DNA of 64,000 nt, taken from NCBI GenBank assembly GCA_964428895.1, contig CAYRZU010000008.1, positions 326 through 64,325 of the forward strand, read 5' to 3'. A program made the position numbers and the translations under genes. Origin of the DNA: an uncultured Planctomycetaceae bacterium (GTDB taxonomy: Bacteria; Planctomycetota; Phycisphaerae; SM23-33). Below are positions 29,251 to 39,484 of this stretch, piece after piece (the stretch's first letter is position 1; every line of letters starts with the position of its first letter). The notes under the pieces are model-generated. The model had not been told where the DNA came from. It made no database searches and saw only the letters and a list, made by a program, of their open reading frames with translations.

Positions 29251-29273
29251 GAGAGGGTGTCCCTCTTGTTCTT

Positions 29274-29396
29274 GCAGGGATGCAGGGGATACAAGGGATA
29301 CAGCCTTTGAAGTAAGAAGGGAGGCGAAGAGTTCCCCCTTCCTTGTCTTCCCCTTCCCTTCCCCCTTTCTATCCCGTGCACCCCCTGAATCCCTGC
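29274..29396. repeat. Periodic inverted-repeat intergenic element (CAGGGAT-type arms)
   Basis: GCAGGGATGCAGGGGATACAAGGGATA ... TATCCCGTGCACCCCCTGAATCCCTGC between convergent genes. Confidence 0.7.
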
Positions 29397-29424
29397 TATT
29401 GTTGCGGGGCCACCTCGCGGCCTC

Positions 29425-29775
29425 CTATTCGGCGTCGAGGCCGAGGTGGGCGAGGGCTTCGTCGAGGGTGTCGACAATGGGGAACAGCACGTCCAAACGG
29501 CTGGTGCGGACGGTCTGGGCGACCTGGTCGGGCGGGTGCAGGAGGACGACCTTGGCGTCATCCCTTTGAAGTTGCTTGCGGACCGAAGCCAGCAAGCCCA
29601 ATCCGGCCGACGCCATGAAGGACACATCCGTCAGTTCGATGATGGCGGGCAGGTTGCGCTTGACGGTGGCGGCGTAGAGTTCGCCGGTGATGCGCTCGAC
29701 ACCCATCTGCGTTAGCTGGCCCGACAGGGCTACGTGGGAGTAACGGTCGTTAAGTTGAATGACCTCGACGGCCAT
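29425..29775 (-). CDS. STAS-domain anti-sigma factor antagonist
   Basis: ELTDVSFMASAGLGLL motif; about 116 aa. Confidence 0.85.
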   Translation of the reverse strand: MAVEVIQLNDRYSHVALSGQLTQMGVERITGELYAATVKRNLPAIIELTDVSFMASAGLGLLASVRKQLQRDDAKVVLLHPPDQVAQTVRTSRLDVLFPIVDTLDEALAHLGLDAE

Positions 29776-29851
29776 GGTGCGCCCTTTCGATGCTACGCGT
29801 TGCATTGTAGGGGAGGCGGCCGATGTTGGTAGCCTCGCCCGGTGGTTTTCA

Positions 29852-30688
29852 TCAGGCCCGTCGGCCCCCCCGCGTTAGTGAGCGGTCGAGCATCGGCACG
29901 AGGCCCCGGTGATAGGGCCCTTCGGCGCTGAGAACCTTGCGGACGAAGTCACGGAAGCGGCCGGCGGCGGGGGTCCATTCGGTGTGGGCGTCCATTTCGG
30001 CCAGCGCTTCGACGGGCTTGAGGCTGCGGCGGTAGGTGATCTTGAAGGCCTCTTTGATTTGGGCGCGGTCGGTGTCGTCCAGGTCGGGCGCGCGTCGCAG
30101 GCCCACACTGTTGAGCGAACCGACCTCGTTGTCGCGGATCGCGATGACGTAGGGGGGCATGTGCTGGCTGGTCGCGGCGTGGCCTTGGAACATCACGCGT
30201 TCGCCCACCCAGCAGAACTGGTGGATCATAGCCTGTCCGGCCAGCACACAGCCGCGTTCGACGAGGGTGTGCCCGGCCAGCAACACCGCGTTGGCCAGGA
30301 TGACGTCGTCGCCGATGGCGGCGTTGTGTCCGGCGTGGGAGTTGGCCATCCACATGGTGCGGCTGCCGACGGTGGTGGCCAGGCCCTCCCCGGTGGCGCG
30401 GGAGATGGTCACGCCCTCGCGGAAGATGTTCTTGTCGCCGATGCGGAGGTAGGTAACCTGGTTGGGGTCGAACTTGTAGTCCTGCGGTTCGCCGCCCAAG
30501 ACCACGAAGCTGTCAACGAAGTTGCCCTCGCCCAGCGTGGTGTAGCGGCGGATGACCGTATGGGGTCGCAGGACCGTTCCGGCCCCGATTACGGTGTCGG
30601 CTTCGACGACGGCAAACGCGCCGATCTCCACGTCGTCGGCGAGCTGGGCCGACGGGTCGACGATGGCGGTCGGATGAATGTTCGACAT
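29852..30688 (-). CDS. lpxA: Acyl-ACP--UDP-N-acetylglucosamine O-acyltransferase
   Basis: IHPTAIVDP hexapeptide repeats; GGEPQDYKF, FREGVTISRAT, SHAGHN, LAGH, HQFC and LNSVGLRR. Confidence 0.88.
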   Translation of the reverse strand: MSNIHPTAIVDPSAQLADDVEIGAFAVVEADTVIGAGTVLRPHTVIRRYTTLGEGNFVDSFVVLGGEPQDYKFDPNQVTYLRIGDKNIFREGVTISRATGEGLATTVGSRTMWMANSHAGHNAAIGDDVILANAVLLAGHTLVERGCVLAGQAMIHQFCWVGERVMFQGHAATSQHMPPYVIAIRDNEVGSLNSVGLRRAPDLDDTDRAQIKEAFKITYRRSLKPVEALAEMDAHTEWTPAAGRFRDFVRKVLSAEGPYHRGLVPMLDRSLTRGGRRA

Positions 30689-30809
30689 CGGGCGTCTCCT
30701 TGACAGCGCAACAGGATAGCCGCTGGTTGGGCGTTTGCAAGCGGCGGGGAGAGTTGCGGGCGGGCGAACGGGCCGGTATTCTCACCGGCTTGTTATCGAG
30801 GAGGCAGCC

Positions 30810-31862
30810 GTGGATGGTTCCATTCAACGCGTGCGGGCCGTGCTAGCGGGCGACATGCCCGACCGGGCGCCCCTGTTCGACCTGCTCCGCAACGACGCGG
30901 TGATCGGCCACTTCACCGGCGAAGCCGTGACGGTGGCCAACGCGCCCGATGTGGTCCACACCGCCTACGCGCCGGCCATCGACGCGACTCGCTCGGTCCG
31001 CCTGCCGGACAACGAAGAAACCGTTACTCTCCCCGACGGCCGCACCCAGCGCCTCTACCGCTGGACGGCCTGGACCGAGCACGTCCGCTACGAAAGCTCC
31101 GCCGCCTACGCGGCCGCCAAGACGGACTGGATCGACGCCTACGATGCGGCCTGGACCGAGGACGACCAGCAGAGCGTCGACGACTACCTCGCCGATGCGC
31201 GGCGGATGCAGGCCAAGCTCGGGGAGTGCTTCTGGATGCCGGGCGGCGGCGCGCCGGGCTTCATGGGTATCATGGGCGAGGTGGGGCTGGAGGCGTTCAG
31301 CTACTACTTCATCGATTGCCCCGACATCATCAGCCAGCAGTTGGAAGTCTACACGGCCCGGACCGTCGACTGGATTAGCCACTATCCCGACGACCACGGC
31401 ATCGAGGCGGTCATGGCCGGCGACGACATCTGCTACCACTCCGGTCCGTTCCTTTCACCGGCGTGGTTCGACGAGCACTACCTGCCGCGGCTGGCCCGAA
31501 TCATGGACGCCTACCACGAAAAAGGCATCACCGTGATGTTCCACACCGACGGCAACGCCATGCCGCTGCTATCGGGCTTGGTCGATGCGGGCATCGACGG
31601 CCTGAATCCCATCGAGGTGGTCGCGGGGATGGACATCGCAGAAATCCACCGCCGCCATCCGGACCTCTTCATGGTGGGCGGGATTGACGTGTCGTACCTG
31701 CTGCCGTTCGGCACGCCGGCCCAGGTGGCGGACGCGACCGTCAAAGCCATCGACAACGCCGAAGGTCGTATCATGATCGGCTCGTCGACTGAACTGCAGA
31801 ACGGCGTACCGCTGGACAACTTCCTGGCCATGCGACAGGCCGTGCTGGATAACCCGTATTGA
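30810..31862 (+). CDS. Uroporphyrinogen decarboxylase family protein
   Basis: GAGGAGG RBS before GTG; GDDICY, FHTDGN, DGLNPIE..AGMD and GGID. Confidence 0.85.
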   Translation: MDGSIQRVRAVLAGDMPDRAPLFDLLRNDAVIGHFTGEAVTVANAPDVVHTAYAPAIDATRSVRLPDNEETVTLPDGRTQRLYRWTAWTEHVRYESSAAYAAAKTDWIDAYDAAWTEDDQQSVDDYLADARRMQAKLGECFWMPGGGAPGFMGIMGEVGLEAFSYYFIDCPDIISQQLEVYTARTVDWISHYPDDHGIEAVMAGDDICYHSGPFLSPAWFDEHYLPRLARIMDAYHEKGITVMFHTDGNAMPLLSGLVDAGIDGLNPIEVVAGMDIAEIHRRHPDLFMVGGIDVSYLLPFGTPAQVADATVKAIDNAEGRIMIGSSTELQNGVPLDNFLAMRQAVLDNPY

Positions 31863-31894
31863 TGGCTGTGTCATTTGGGCCTATGGAGACAATC

Positions 31895-33763
31895 ATGCTC
31901 GACTTCATCCCTCAACCGAAGACCGTCACTGAATCGGCCGGCCAGTACACCGCGCCGCCGACGATGACGGTGGGTGTGTGCGACTGGCGGTTTCGTCCGG
32001 CGGCGGAGGAGTTGCTGAAGTTGCTGGGCGCCCGCGGCCAAGTGACGATCATCGGCAGCGGCCCGGCCGACGACGCGACGATTCAGCTGGACGCCGAGCT
32101 CCAACCGGAAGGCTATCGACTGACGGTCCATGAAGATGGGATCGCGCTGGAGGCCCACGACGTTCTCGCCGCGGCGCACGGCCTGCGGACCTTGGCGCAG
32201 ATCGTTCCGCAGTCGTCGGCCGGAAAGCTGCCGTGCGTGGCGATTAACGATTGGCCCGATTTTCCCAACCGGGGCGTCTACTACGACATCGCTCGCGGGC
32301 GCGTGCCCACGCTGGAGAGCTTCAAGAAGCAGATCGACCTGCTGGCCGCCGCCAAGATCAACCACCTGCAGTACTACATCGAGCACACCTTCCGGTTCCG
32401 GCGGCATCCGGACATCGGCAAGGACGCCGACCCCCTCACGGCCGACGATATCCTGGAACTGGACGCCTACGCCCGCCAGCGCCACGTGGAACTCGTGCCG
32501 AGCCTATCGAGTTTCGGCCATTTGCACCCCGTGCTGAGCTTGCCCAAGTACCAGCACCTGGCCGAGTGCGGGGCCGAGGGCAACTACTGGTCGTTGGCGC
32601 CGGTACTCGAGGAGAGCTATCAGTTCGTCAAGGACCTGTTCGATGAGTTCCTGCCGTGCTTTTCGTCGAACCAGTTCAACATGTGCTGCGATGAGGTCTT
32701 CGACCTGGGCAACGGTCAGAGCGCGGCCTTGGCGGCCGAGATCGGCAAAGGGCCGCTGTACCTGCGACACATCAAGCGCTGTCGGGACCTGGCGGCCGCC
32801 CACGGCAAGCGGGTGATGATGTGGGGCGACATCGTTCGGGAGTATCCCGAGCTCGTGCCGGAGATCCCCAAGGACATCATCATGCTCGACTGGGGCTACG
32901 ACTACGACGTGGATTTCGACCGCGTGAAGGATTTTTGCGGTACGGGATTGGACACCTACGTCTGTCCGTCGGTCAATGGCTACGGCTGCCTGTTCCCGCG
33001 GATGTGGGAGTCGGCCGTCAACATCGCCGGCTGGGCCCGGGCCGGCCACCGCCACGGCGCCATCGGCGTGCTCAACACCGACTGGGGCGACGGCGGACAC
33101 TTTAACTTCACCGAGTGCGCGTATCCGGGGTACCTGTACTCGGCCGAGCGGTCGTGGAATGTCGATCCCGAGCCCGGCAAGAAAGGTTTCTGGCAGTGGC
33201 TTGGCAAGCTGTTCGGTAAAGCCGAGCCCGACGGTTTCTGGCGGCGGTTCTGCAAGCTGGTCCTGAACATTGAATCCAAGGAGTTCCTGGACGCCTTTCT
33301 GGAGCTGGGCGACTTGGCACAGCCGGGCTTCTGGTGTTGGATGTTGCTGCGGGTCGATCCGGGTGATCCGATGTTCGACTTCCACAAGGCCGTCACCAAG
33401 TGGGGGCGCAACGGCAAGATCGTTCCGAAGAACCGGGCGGTGACGGCCGCCGACGGCAAGCGCAGCGCGCCGCGGTTCAGGCGGATCAGCCGCGTCTTCG
33501 CCCAGTACGCGGCCATGCCCGAGACGGACCCTCACCAACTACTGGACTACTGGGTCTATTCGGTCGATACCCTAGCCGTCGCGGCCGACAAGCTGGCCAT
33601 GTTCGGCCACGGCGGCGAGGATACGCCCGCCAAGCGCGCCGCCCTCAAGGCCGATTACGCCAAGCTGATGGAGCGGTTCGAGGCCCTGTGGATGGCCCGC
33701 AACCGCCGCAGCGAAATCCGCATCACGCTGGGCGCCATGCGAGACCGCATGAACGCGCTGTAG
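31895..33763 (+). CDS. GH20-family glycoside hydrolase (beta-N-acetylhexosaminidase-like)
   Basis: IPQPK, EGYRL, INDWPDFPNRG..DIARG, SFGH, catalytic CCDE and TDWGDGGH. Confidence 0.85.
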   Translation: MLDFIPQPKTVTESAGQYTAPPTMTVGVCDWRFRPAAEELLKLLGARGQVTIIGSGPADDATIQLDAELQPEGYRLTVHEDGIALEAHDVLAAAHGLRTLAQIVPQSSAGKLPCVAINDWPDFPNRGVYYDIARGRVPTLESFKKQIDLLAAAKINHLQYYIEHTFRFRRHPDIGKDADPLTADDILELDAYARQRHVELVPSLSSFGHLHPVLSLPKYQHLAECGAEGNYWSLAPVLEESYQFVKDLFDEFLPCFSSNQFNMCCDEVFDLGNGQSAALAAEIGKGPLYLRHIKRCRDLAAAHGKRVMMWGDIVREYPELVPEIPKDIIMLDWGYDYDVDFDRVKDFCGTGLDTYVCPSVNGYGCLFPRMWESAVNIAGWARAGHRHGAIGVLNTDWGDGGHFNFTECAYPGYLYSAERSWNVDPEPGKKGFWQWLGKLFGKAEPDGFWRRFCKLVLNIESKEFLDAFLELGDLAQPGFWCWMLLRVDPGDPMFDFHKAVTKWGRNGKIVPKNRAVTAADGKRSAPRFRRISRVFAQYAAMPETDPHQLLDYWVYSVDTLAVAADKLAMFGHGGEDTPAKRAALKADYAKLMERFEALWMARNRRSEIRITLGAMRDRMNAL

Positions 33764-33783
33764 CCGCAGACGAAGGACGTTCC

Positions 33784-36201
33784 ATGCACACGATTGAAAT
33801 CAACGACCGCGTACTGGTCCCCGAAGAAGGGCTGTTGCTTGGCAACGGCGACTTCTCCGTTAGCGTCTATCAGGCGGCGGAGCGGATCATTTGGCGGTTC
33901 GGCAAGGTCGATGTCTGGGATCGCCGCCACGCGGCCGAGATCGACCCCGAGCCGATGCACATCGAGGAATTGGCCAAGGGCGTGCGCGATGAGGGGTGGG
34001 AGTTCTCGGCCGAGTTGGGCCGGGCGGCGGCGACCAAGGGCACCGACAACGACCAACGCATCGCCGAGTTGACCCAGTACGGCCCGCCCAGCTACCGCAC
34101 ACGCACCTTCCCGTGTCCCAAGCCGGTCGGCGAGCTGGCCCTGCACTTGCCGCCCGAACAGCGCGGGCTGAAGATGACTCAGCGGCTGATCATCGAGGCC
34201 GGTACGGTCGATATTGAGTGCACGTGGGAGACCGGGCTGGTGTTGAAGGTCCATTGCTTCGTGGCGCCGCAGCCGAACGTGCTGGCGGTTCGGTGGAAGC
34301 TGGAAGGCCTCACGCGCGACAACGCGGCTTGGGACGACCGGGCGGTGTGGTTCAGCCTGTACCGCTGGCCGGACCCCGAGGCGAAGGATTACGTGACCAA
34401 CCTTCGCGCCACCACCGCCAACGACATGTTCGACAAGTACGCGCGGAACGACAACCCGCCCATGGCCCCGCCGACCACCCGCCAGGTCGAGGGCCGATGG
34501 ATCGTGGAGCAAGCATTCGCGCCGGACCTGGAATTTGCCGACGGACACCGTTACGGCCTCATGCCGATTCTGCCCGACGGGCAGGTCGAGGACGTGGAGA
34601 CCTTCGGTTCGGGCGAAGCGCGGCTGCGGATGAAGCCGGCCGAGCCGGGCGAGAGCGGCTGGCTGGCCGTGGCGATCGGCACGAGCAACGATGCCGCCGG
34701 TCACGAGGCGCCATTGCTGGACGTGGCCGGCCGGCTGGCCAACGACCCCACGGACGTCTTCGAGCAATGGGGGCTGGACAACCTGGCTGCGGCGAACGAA
34801 TTCTGGTCGCGCTCGGCGGTGTCGCTGGGCGATGCCTTCTTCGAGCAACTGTGGTACGAGAACCTCCACGCCCGCCGCTGCACGTTCCGCGGCGACGTGG
34901 TCGCCCCGGGCTTGTTCCTGCCCTCCACCGTCAACGACTTCTCGCTGTGGCACGGCGACTACCACACCAACTACAACTACCAGCAACCGTTCTGGGGCGC
35001 TTACGAGGCCAACCAGCTTTCGCTGGGCGATTCGTACTTCCCGGGCTCTGAGAACATGATCGAACTGGGGCGCAAGCTGGCTGCCGACTACTACGGCTGT
35101 CGCGGCACGTTCATTCAACTGACGGGCTTTCCGTTCCCGATCGCCAAGGACCCCTACGGCGTGGGGCCGTTCGCACGGATGACCTACATGACCGGCTGGG
35201 CCGTCAACCAATATTGGTTCCGCTACCTCTACACGCGGGATGTCGACTGGCTGCGTGAAGTGGGCTATCCGCCGATCCGCGATGCGGCGCTGTTCTACGC
35301 GGACTTCCTGACCACCGGTGACGACGGTTTCTACCACGGGTTCCCCTCGGACCAGGGCGAGAACCAGTTCACGCCCGACGTCGCCAAATACACCGACCGC
35401 CCGCAGGTGATGCGGCACGTGCGGTACTGCTTGCAGACGGCGGCCGAGGCGGCGGACATTCTTAGTGTCGATGCCGAACTCGCGGCGAAGTGTCGAGACA
35501 TCCTGGCCCACTTCCCCGTGATCGACGATCTGGATGCGGCCGGTTTTTCCGACGAGCAGAAACGCCGCTACCCGCTCAATCCGCCGGAGTTCCTGGGGTG
35601 GGAGGATACCGACCTGGCGCGCTCCGACGATCAGCCCTTCGCGCTGTCTCGCGAGAAAGACAACGCGCTATGGAGTTGGTACTTCGGCCATTTCCCGATC
35701 CGCTGGATGGTGCTGCACCGGCGGGGGCGGTTCCAGGCCGACCGCGACTTTGAAGCCGCCCGCCGGATCATCGCCAAGTGGCGCCTCCCCAACGGCCTGC
35801 TGCGGGCGATGAGTCGCGAGCGTTACGGCTACGCCGGCGCGTGGTCGGAATCGTTGGGTGTGTTGGCCCCGGTGCAGGAAATGCTGCTGCAAAGCTGGGA
35901 CGGCTGCCTACGCCTCTTCCCGGCTTGGCCGCGGCGGCTGGACGCCGGCTTCACCACCTTCCGGGCCGAGGGCGCGTTCCTGGTTAGCGCCGAGCTGAAT
36001 AGCGGGCGGGTCCAGAGCGTCTCCATTCATAGCGAGCGCGGCTGTCCGTGCTGCGCGGCCAGTCCGTGGGAATCGGGCTGTGTGGTCCGCGACGCCGACG
36101 GCGCCGAGGTGGCCACCACCGTCGAATCGAAATCCGACGACGCCGACTGGGTCCGATTTGACACGCAGGCGAGCGTGACGTATGAGCTAACGCCGCGATA
36201 G
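33784..36201 (+). CDS. GH95-like glycoside hydrolase ((alpha/alpha)6 barrel)
   Basis: LLGNGD, DVWDRR, WHGDYHTNYNYQQPFW, EMLLQSW...LFPAWP and FRAEGAFLVSA. Confidence 0.7.
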   Translation: MHTIEINDRVLVPEEGLLLGNGDFSVSVYQAAERIIWRFGKVDVWDRRHAAEIDPEPMHIEELAKGVRDEGWEFSAELGRAAATKGTDNDQRIAELTQYGPPSYRTRTFPCPKPVGELALHLPPEQRGLKMTQRLIIEAGTVDIECTWETGLVLKVHCFVAPQPNVLAVRWKLEGLTRDNAAWDDRAVWFSLYRWPDPEAKDYVTNLRATTANDMFDKYARNDNPPMAPPTTRQVEGRWIVEQAFAPDLEFADGHRYGLMPILPDGQVEDVETFGSGEARLRMKPAEPGESGWLAVAIGTSNDAAGHEAPLLDVAGRLANDPTDVFEQWGLDNLAAANEFWSRSAVSLGDAFFEQLWYENLHARRCTFRGDVVAPGLFLPSTVNDFSLWHGDYHTNYNYQQPFWGAYEANQLSLGDSYFPGSENMIELGRKLAADYYGCRGTFIQLTGFPFPIAKDPYGVGPFARMTYMTGWAVNQYWFRYLYTRDVDWLREVGYPPIRDAALFYADFLTTGDDGFYHGFPSDQGENQFTPDVAKYTDRPQVMRHVRYCLQTAAEAADILSVDAELAAKCRDILAHFPVIDDLDAAGFSDEQKRRYPLNPPEFLGWEDTDLARSDDQPFALSREKDNALWSWYFGHFPIRWMVLHRRGRFQADRDFEAARRIIAKWRLPNGLLRAMSRERYGYAGAWSESLGVLAPVQEMLLQSWDGCLRLFPAWPRRLDAGFTTFRAEGAFLVSAELNSGRVQSVSIHSERGCPCCAASPWESGCVVRDADGAEVATTVESKSDDADWVRFDTQASVTYELTPR

Positions 36202-36250
36202 GGGCCACACGGCTGTCGGAAGTAGAGCGGGGATGATCCCCGGAGCAACA

Positions 36251-37024
36251 ATGAGTTCGAACGACATCAGTATTGGGTTGGACGCCAGGCCCGTTGAAGC
36301 GAGCGGGCCGTTCCGGTATCGCAGCAGCCGCTGGGTCCGGGCCGAGGCGAACGTCGGCCAGATTGTTCCCACACGGGCCCACGTATTGTGGTCGTTGGTG
36401 CTGCCGGTGGCGGGGGCGGGGAGTTTTGTCTTCGGAAGCTACGCGCTGGTGACCAAGATGATGAACCCCGAAGCCAGTTGGGCGTTGGCGGTGGCCGGAT
36501 TGCTGGCGATGTCTTTGGGGGCGATCCTGTGTTGGTCTCGGATCGGTCGGGTGACCTTCGACCTTCGACGCCGGGAGTACTGGACTAACCACCGCTTTGA
36601 CGGCCCGCGATTGTTCGGTCGCTTCCGGGGCCGCATCGACACCATCGCGGCGCTGCAACTGTGTCGCGGCGCCCACCTGGCCGGCCGCGGGCGGTTCTTC
36701 TGGTGGTGTCAACTCAACCTCGTCCTGAACGAGCCGCGCGGCAAGCGTATGGCCCTGATGGGGCACGGCGCCGTTGAGCAGGTCCGTGACGACGCCGAAG
36801 CGCTCGCCGACTTCCTGGGCGTTTCCCTCCTCGATCACACCACCGCTCGGCCGGACCAAGCTCCCGGCGCCGACACCTTCGCCCGTATCTTCGGACCCAA
36901 GGCGAAGGCCTCTCCAGCGAACAAGGATCTTCCGGACGTCTTCGACACCTCCGAATCGCGGGAACCGCCTGGGATCGAGAACAGCCTTGTCCAGCCCGAC
37001 ATCTTCTCGGATTACGGCAAGTAG
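36251..37024 (+). CDS. Hypothetical membrane protein (2 TM helices plus soluble domain)
   Basis: GGAG RBS; two hydrophobic segments; QLNLVL...AEALADFLGV motif. Confidence 0.6.
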   Translation: MSSNDISIGLDARPVEASGPFRYRSSRWVRAEANVGQIVPTRAHVLWSLVLPVAGAGSFVFGSYALVTKMMNPEASWALAVAGLLAMSLGAILCWSRIGRVTFDLRRREYWTNHRFDGPRLFGRFRGRIDTIAALQLCRGAHLAGRGRFFWWCQLNLVLNEPRGKRMALMGHGAVEQVRDDAEALADFLGVSLLDHTTARPDQAPGADTFARIFGPKAKASPANKDLPDVFDTSESREPPGIENSLVQPDIFSDYGK

Positions 37025-37186
37025 CTCTCGACCGCCGCTCTCCATGCCGCATGGCGGGGCCCCTGTCGCGCCACCCACAAGGAGTCGGGAAAATTTGGTT
37101 TCGGCCGAATTGGGGTGCTACGATGTGCTTCACGGTGGCGGGCGGGACGCCCCAAGCAGACAACCCCTGAACGGAAAGGGACCCCC

Positions 37187-37585
37187 ATGTCAGGAAAGCG
37201 ATTTGAACTCTATCAGTGCCCGGATGAGGACTGCCAGGTGCTGGTCGAAATGGTCGAGCCCGATTCTTGTGACTGCGACTGCAACTTCCAATGCTGCGAT
37301 AAGGCCATGAGCCTGCTGGAAGAAAAGGCCGCCGACGCCGCCACCGAAAAGCACGTGCCGGTCGTTGAAAAGACCGCCGACGGCGCCAAGGTCGTGGTCG
37401 GCAGCACGTTGCACCCGATGGCCGACGACCATTGGATTCAGTTCATTGAGTTGTGCACCAGCAAGGGCCAATTCTTGCGCCAGTTCCTCAGCCCCGGCGA
37501 TGCCCCCGAAGCGGTTTTCAAGTTCGACGGCGACGTGGCCGGCGTTCGCGAACACTGCAACAAGCACGGGCTGTGGAAGGCATAG
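37187..37585 (+). CDS. dfx: Desulfoferrodoxin / superoxide reductase
   Basis: EKHVP, HPMADDHWIQFI and EHCNKHGLW; N-terminal Cys-rich centre I. Confidence 0.92.
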   Translation: MSGKRFELYQCPDEDCQVLVEMVEPDSCDCDCNFQCCDKAMSLLEEKAADAATEKHVPVVEKTADGAKVVVGSTLHPMADDHWIQFIELCTSKGQFLRQFLSPGDAPEAVFKFDGDVAGVREHCNKHGLWKA

Positions 37586-37682
37586 GAAGCGAACAGCGAT
37601 AGACACGGATTAACGCAGATGAATTGTGAGCTGGCGCGGTGGGTCCCTCGACCCGCCGCGCTTTTCGTGTATCATGCCGGCC

Positions 37683-38345
37683 ATGAAGACAACGGTTGTG
37701 CATCGAGCTGACGGCCCGGTTCCCCTGGAAGACCCCTGGAGTTCGCCGATCTGGCGGCAGGCGGAGGTGGCGCCCGTGGCCCATTGCGTGGGTGGCGAAT
37801 ATGAGCATCAGCCGATTACGCAGGCGCGATTGCTGTATGACGATGAGGCGCTGTACGTGGCCTTTCGCGTGGAGGACCAGTTCGTCCGCGCCGTCGCCGA
37901 GACCTGGCACGGCCGCGTGTGCCGCGACAGTTGCGTGGAACTGTTCTTCACCCCGGGCGATGACACCTCGGTGGGCTACTTCAACTTCGAGATGAATTGC
38001 GGCGGGGTGATGCTGATCCACTTTCAGCCGGCCCCGGCGGAGGATGTCCAGCAGATGCCGATCGAGCTGTGCGAGCAGATGACCACCTGGTCGTCCATGC
38101 CGCGCCAGGTCGAGCCGGAACTGACCGTCCCCACCACGTGGCAGGTCAGCTATCGACTGCCGCTGTCGATCCTGGGCCACTTCCTGCCGATCACACAGCC
38201 GAAAGCGGGCGTCAAGTGGATGGCCAACTTCTACAAGTGCGCCGACCAGACCTCCCAGCCGCACTGGCTGAGTTGGGCCCCCATCGACACCCCGGGCCCC
38301 AACTTCCACCGCCCGGACAGCTTTGGCGCACTGCTCTTTGAGTAG
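37683..38345 (+). CDS. CBM9-like (DOMON-like) carbohydrate-binding protein
   Basis: ARLLYDDEALYVAF, DSCVELF, YFNFEMNCGG, ANFYKCAD and NFHRPDSFG. Confidence 0.8.
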   Translation: MKTTVVHRADGPVPLEDPWSSPIWRQAEVAPVAHCVGGEYEHQPITQARLLYDDEALYVAFRVEDQFVRAVAETWHGRVCRDSCVELFFTPGDDTSVGYFNFEMNCGGVMLIHFQPAPAEDVQQMPIELCEQMTTWSSMPRQVEPELTVPTTWQVSYRLPLSILGHFLPITQPKAGVKWMANFYKCADQTSQPHWLSWAPIDTPGPNFHRPDSFGALLFE

Positions 38346-38397
38346 CAGGGCAGAAACAAAGAACAACATCCCTTGAATCCTGTGCATACCTGCTAAA

Positions 38398-39465
38398 TCA
38401 GTAGGTCCCGAGTTCCCTGGCCAGTTCGATGATGTGCCGGAAATTGTCGAAGGAGACCGAATCGGGCACGGAATGATCTGACGAGAAGATGTACCCGCCG
38501 GATTTCTTGACCTCGGGGATCACACGCTTCATCTCAGCCGTGATGGCGTCGACGTCGCCCCACAGCATCGCGTTGATGCCGCCGTGGAGAACGATCTGGT
38601 CGCCGTACCGGGCCTTGACCTCGACGGGATCGATGCCGGCCTTGACCTCCAGAGGGTTCAGCGCGTCGACGCCGGCGTCGATGAACTCCGGAATCAACTG
38701 GCTGATGTTGCCGCAGGAGTGCAGGTGGGTGTAAACACCGTGGGCGTGGGCCCAGTCGCACGCTTTCTTGACGACGGGCTTCAAGAGATCGCGGTACATC
38801 TGCACCGAAAAGAACGTGGTGCCTTTGTAGCCCAGGTCGTCGCACCAGAATAGCTCGTCGACGGTGTAGCCTTCGTCGTAGAGCATGTCCAGCAGCGTCA
38901 GTTGTGTGTCGAGCTGATGGTTCCACATGTCGACGATCCAGTCGGGGTCCTCGATCAGGGCCATCAGCGTCCGTTCCGTGCCGACCATCCAGGCGTGCGT
39001 GACGTCGAAGCCGAACCACATGTTGCCGGCCAGCCATCGGCCGTCGGCGCGCCAGGTGGCGTAGTGCTCTTTCAGATGGTCCCACTGAATGCGGTCGCGG
39101 CCCGGCGTGATGCGCTTCTTGATCTGCTTCCAGCTATCGAAGTCGACGATGGTGTGGTCGATGAAGTCGGGCGTGCTGGTGGCGTGCTTCCAGACACGGT
39201 AGGTCGTGCCCCAGTCGTTGGTGCGGGTGACGTATTCGTCGGTTTCCTCGACGGTTTCGGTCGGCAGGTGGGGGGAGTTGTCCAGGCCGATGCCGGCGTC
39301 GATGTCCATCCCGAAGTAGTCGCCCCAGGCGACGTCTTCGGGCAGGCCCTCTTTGTGCCAGCGCTCGATGGTGGTCCCCCACGGCGCATCGACCATCGGC
39401 ACGCGGTCGGCCTCGCGGTGCTCGAACATGCGTTTGAAGCGTTCGTGACTCGTCATTTCGGCCAT
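38398..39465 (-). CDS. Uroporphyrinogen decarboxylase family protein
   Basis: MTSHER..EADRVP, DDLGY, HLHSCGN, LNPLEVKAG, HGGI and SSDHSV. Confidence 0.88.
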   Translation of the reverse strand: MAEMTSHERFKRMFEHREADRVPMVDAPWGTTIERWHKEGLPEDVAWGDYFGMDIDAGIGLDNSPHLPTETVEETDEYVTRTNDWGTTYRVWKHATSTPDFIDHTIVDFDSWKQIKKRITPGRDRIQWDHLKEHYATWRADGRWLAGNMWFGFDVTHAWMVGTERTLMALIEDPDWIVDMWNHQLDTQLTLLDMLYDEGYTVDELFWCDDLGYKGTTFFSVQMYRDLLKPVVKKACDWAHAHGVYTHLHSCGNISQLIPEFIDAGVDALNPLEVKAGIDPVEVKARYGDQIVLHGGINAMLWGDVDAITAEMKRVIPEVKKSGGYIFSSDHSVPDSVSFDNFRHIIELARELGTY

Positions 39466-39484
39466 GGTCATCTCCAGAGACTCA

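Noticed and set aside
33400-33783. N-terminal extension of the 933-aa ORF
   Set aside because: Overlaps the GH20 gene in another frame; AAGGA RBS with ATG 33784 is the plausible start.
37090-37112. TTCGGCCGAA palindrome upstream of dfx as a DtxR site
   Set aside because: Half-site spacing differs from the GTTCG-N6-CGAAC sites, and the sequence is likely by chance at this GC content.
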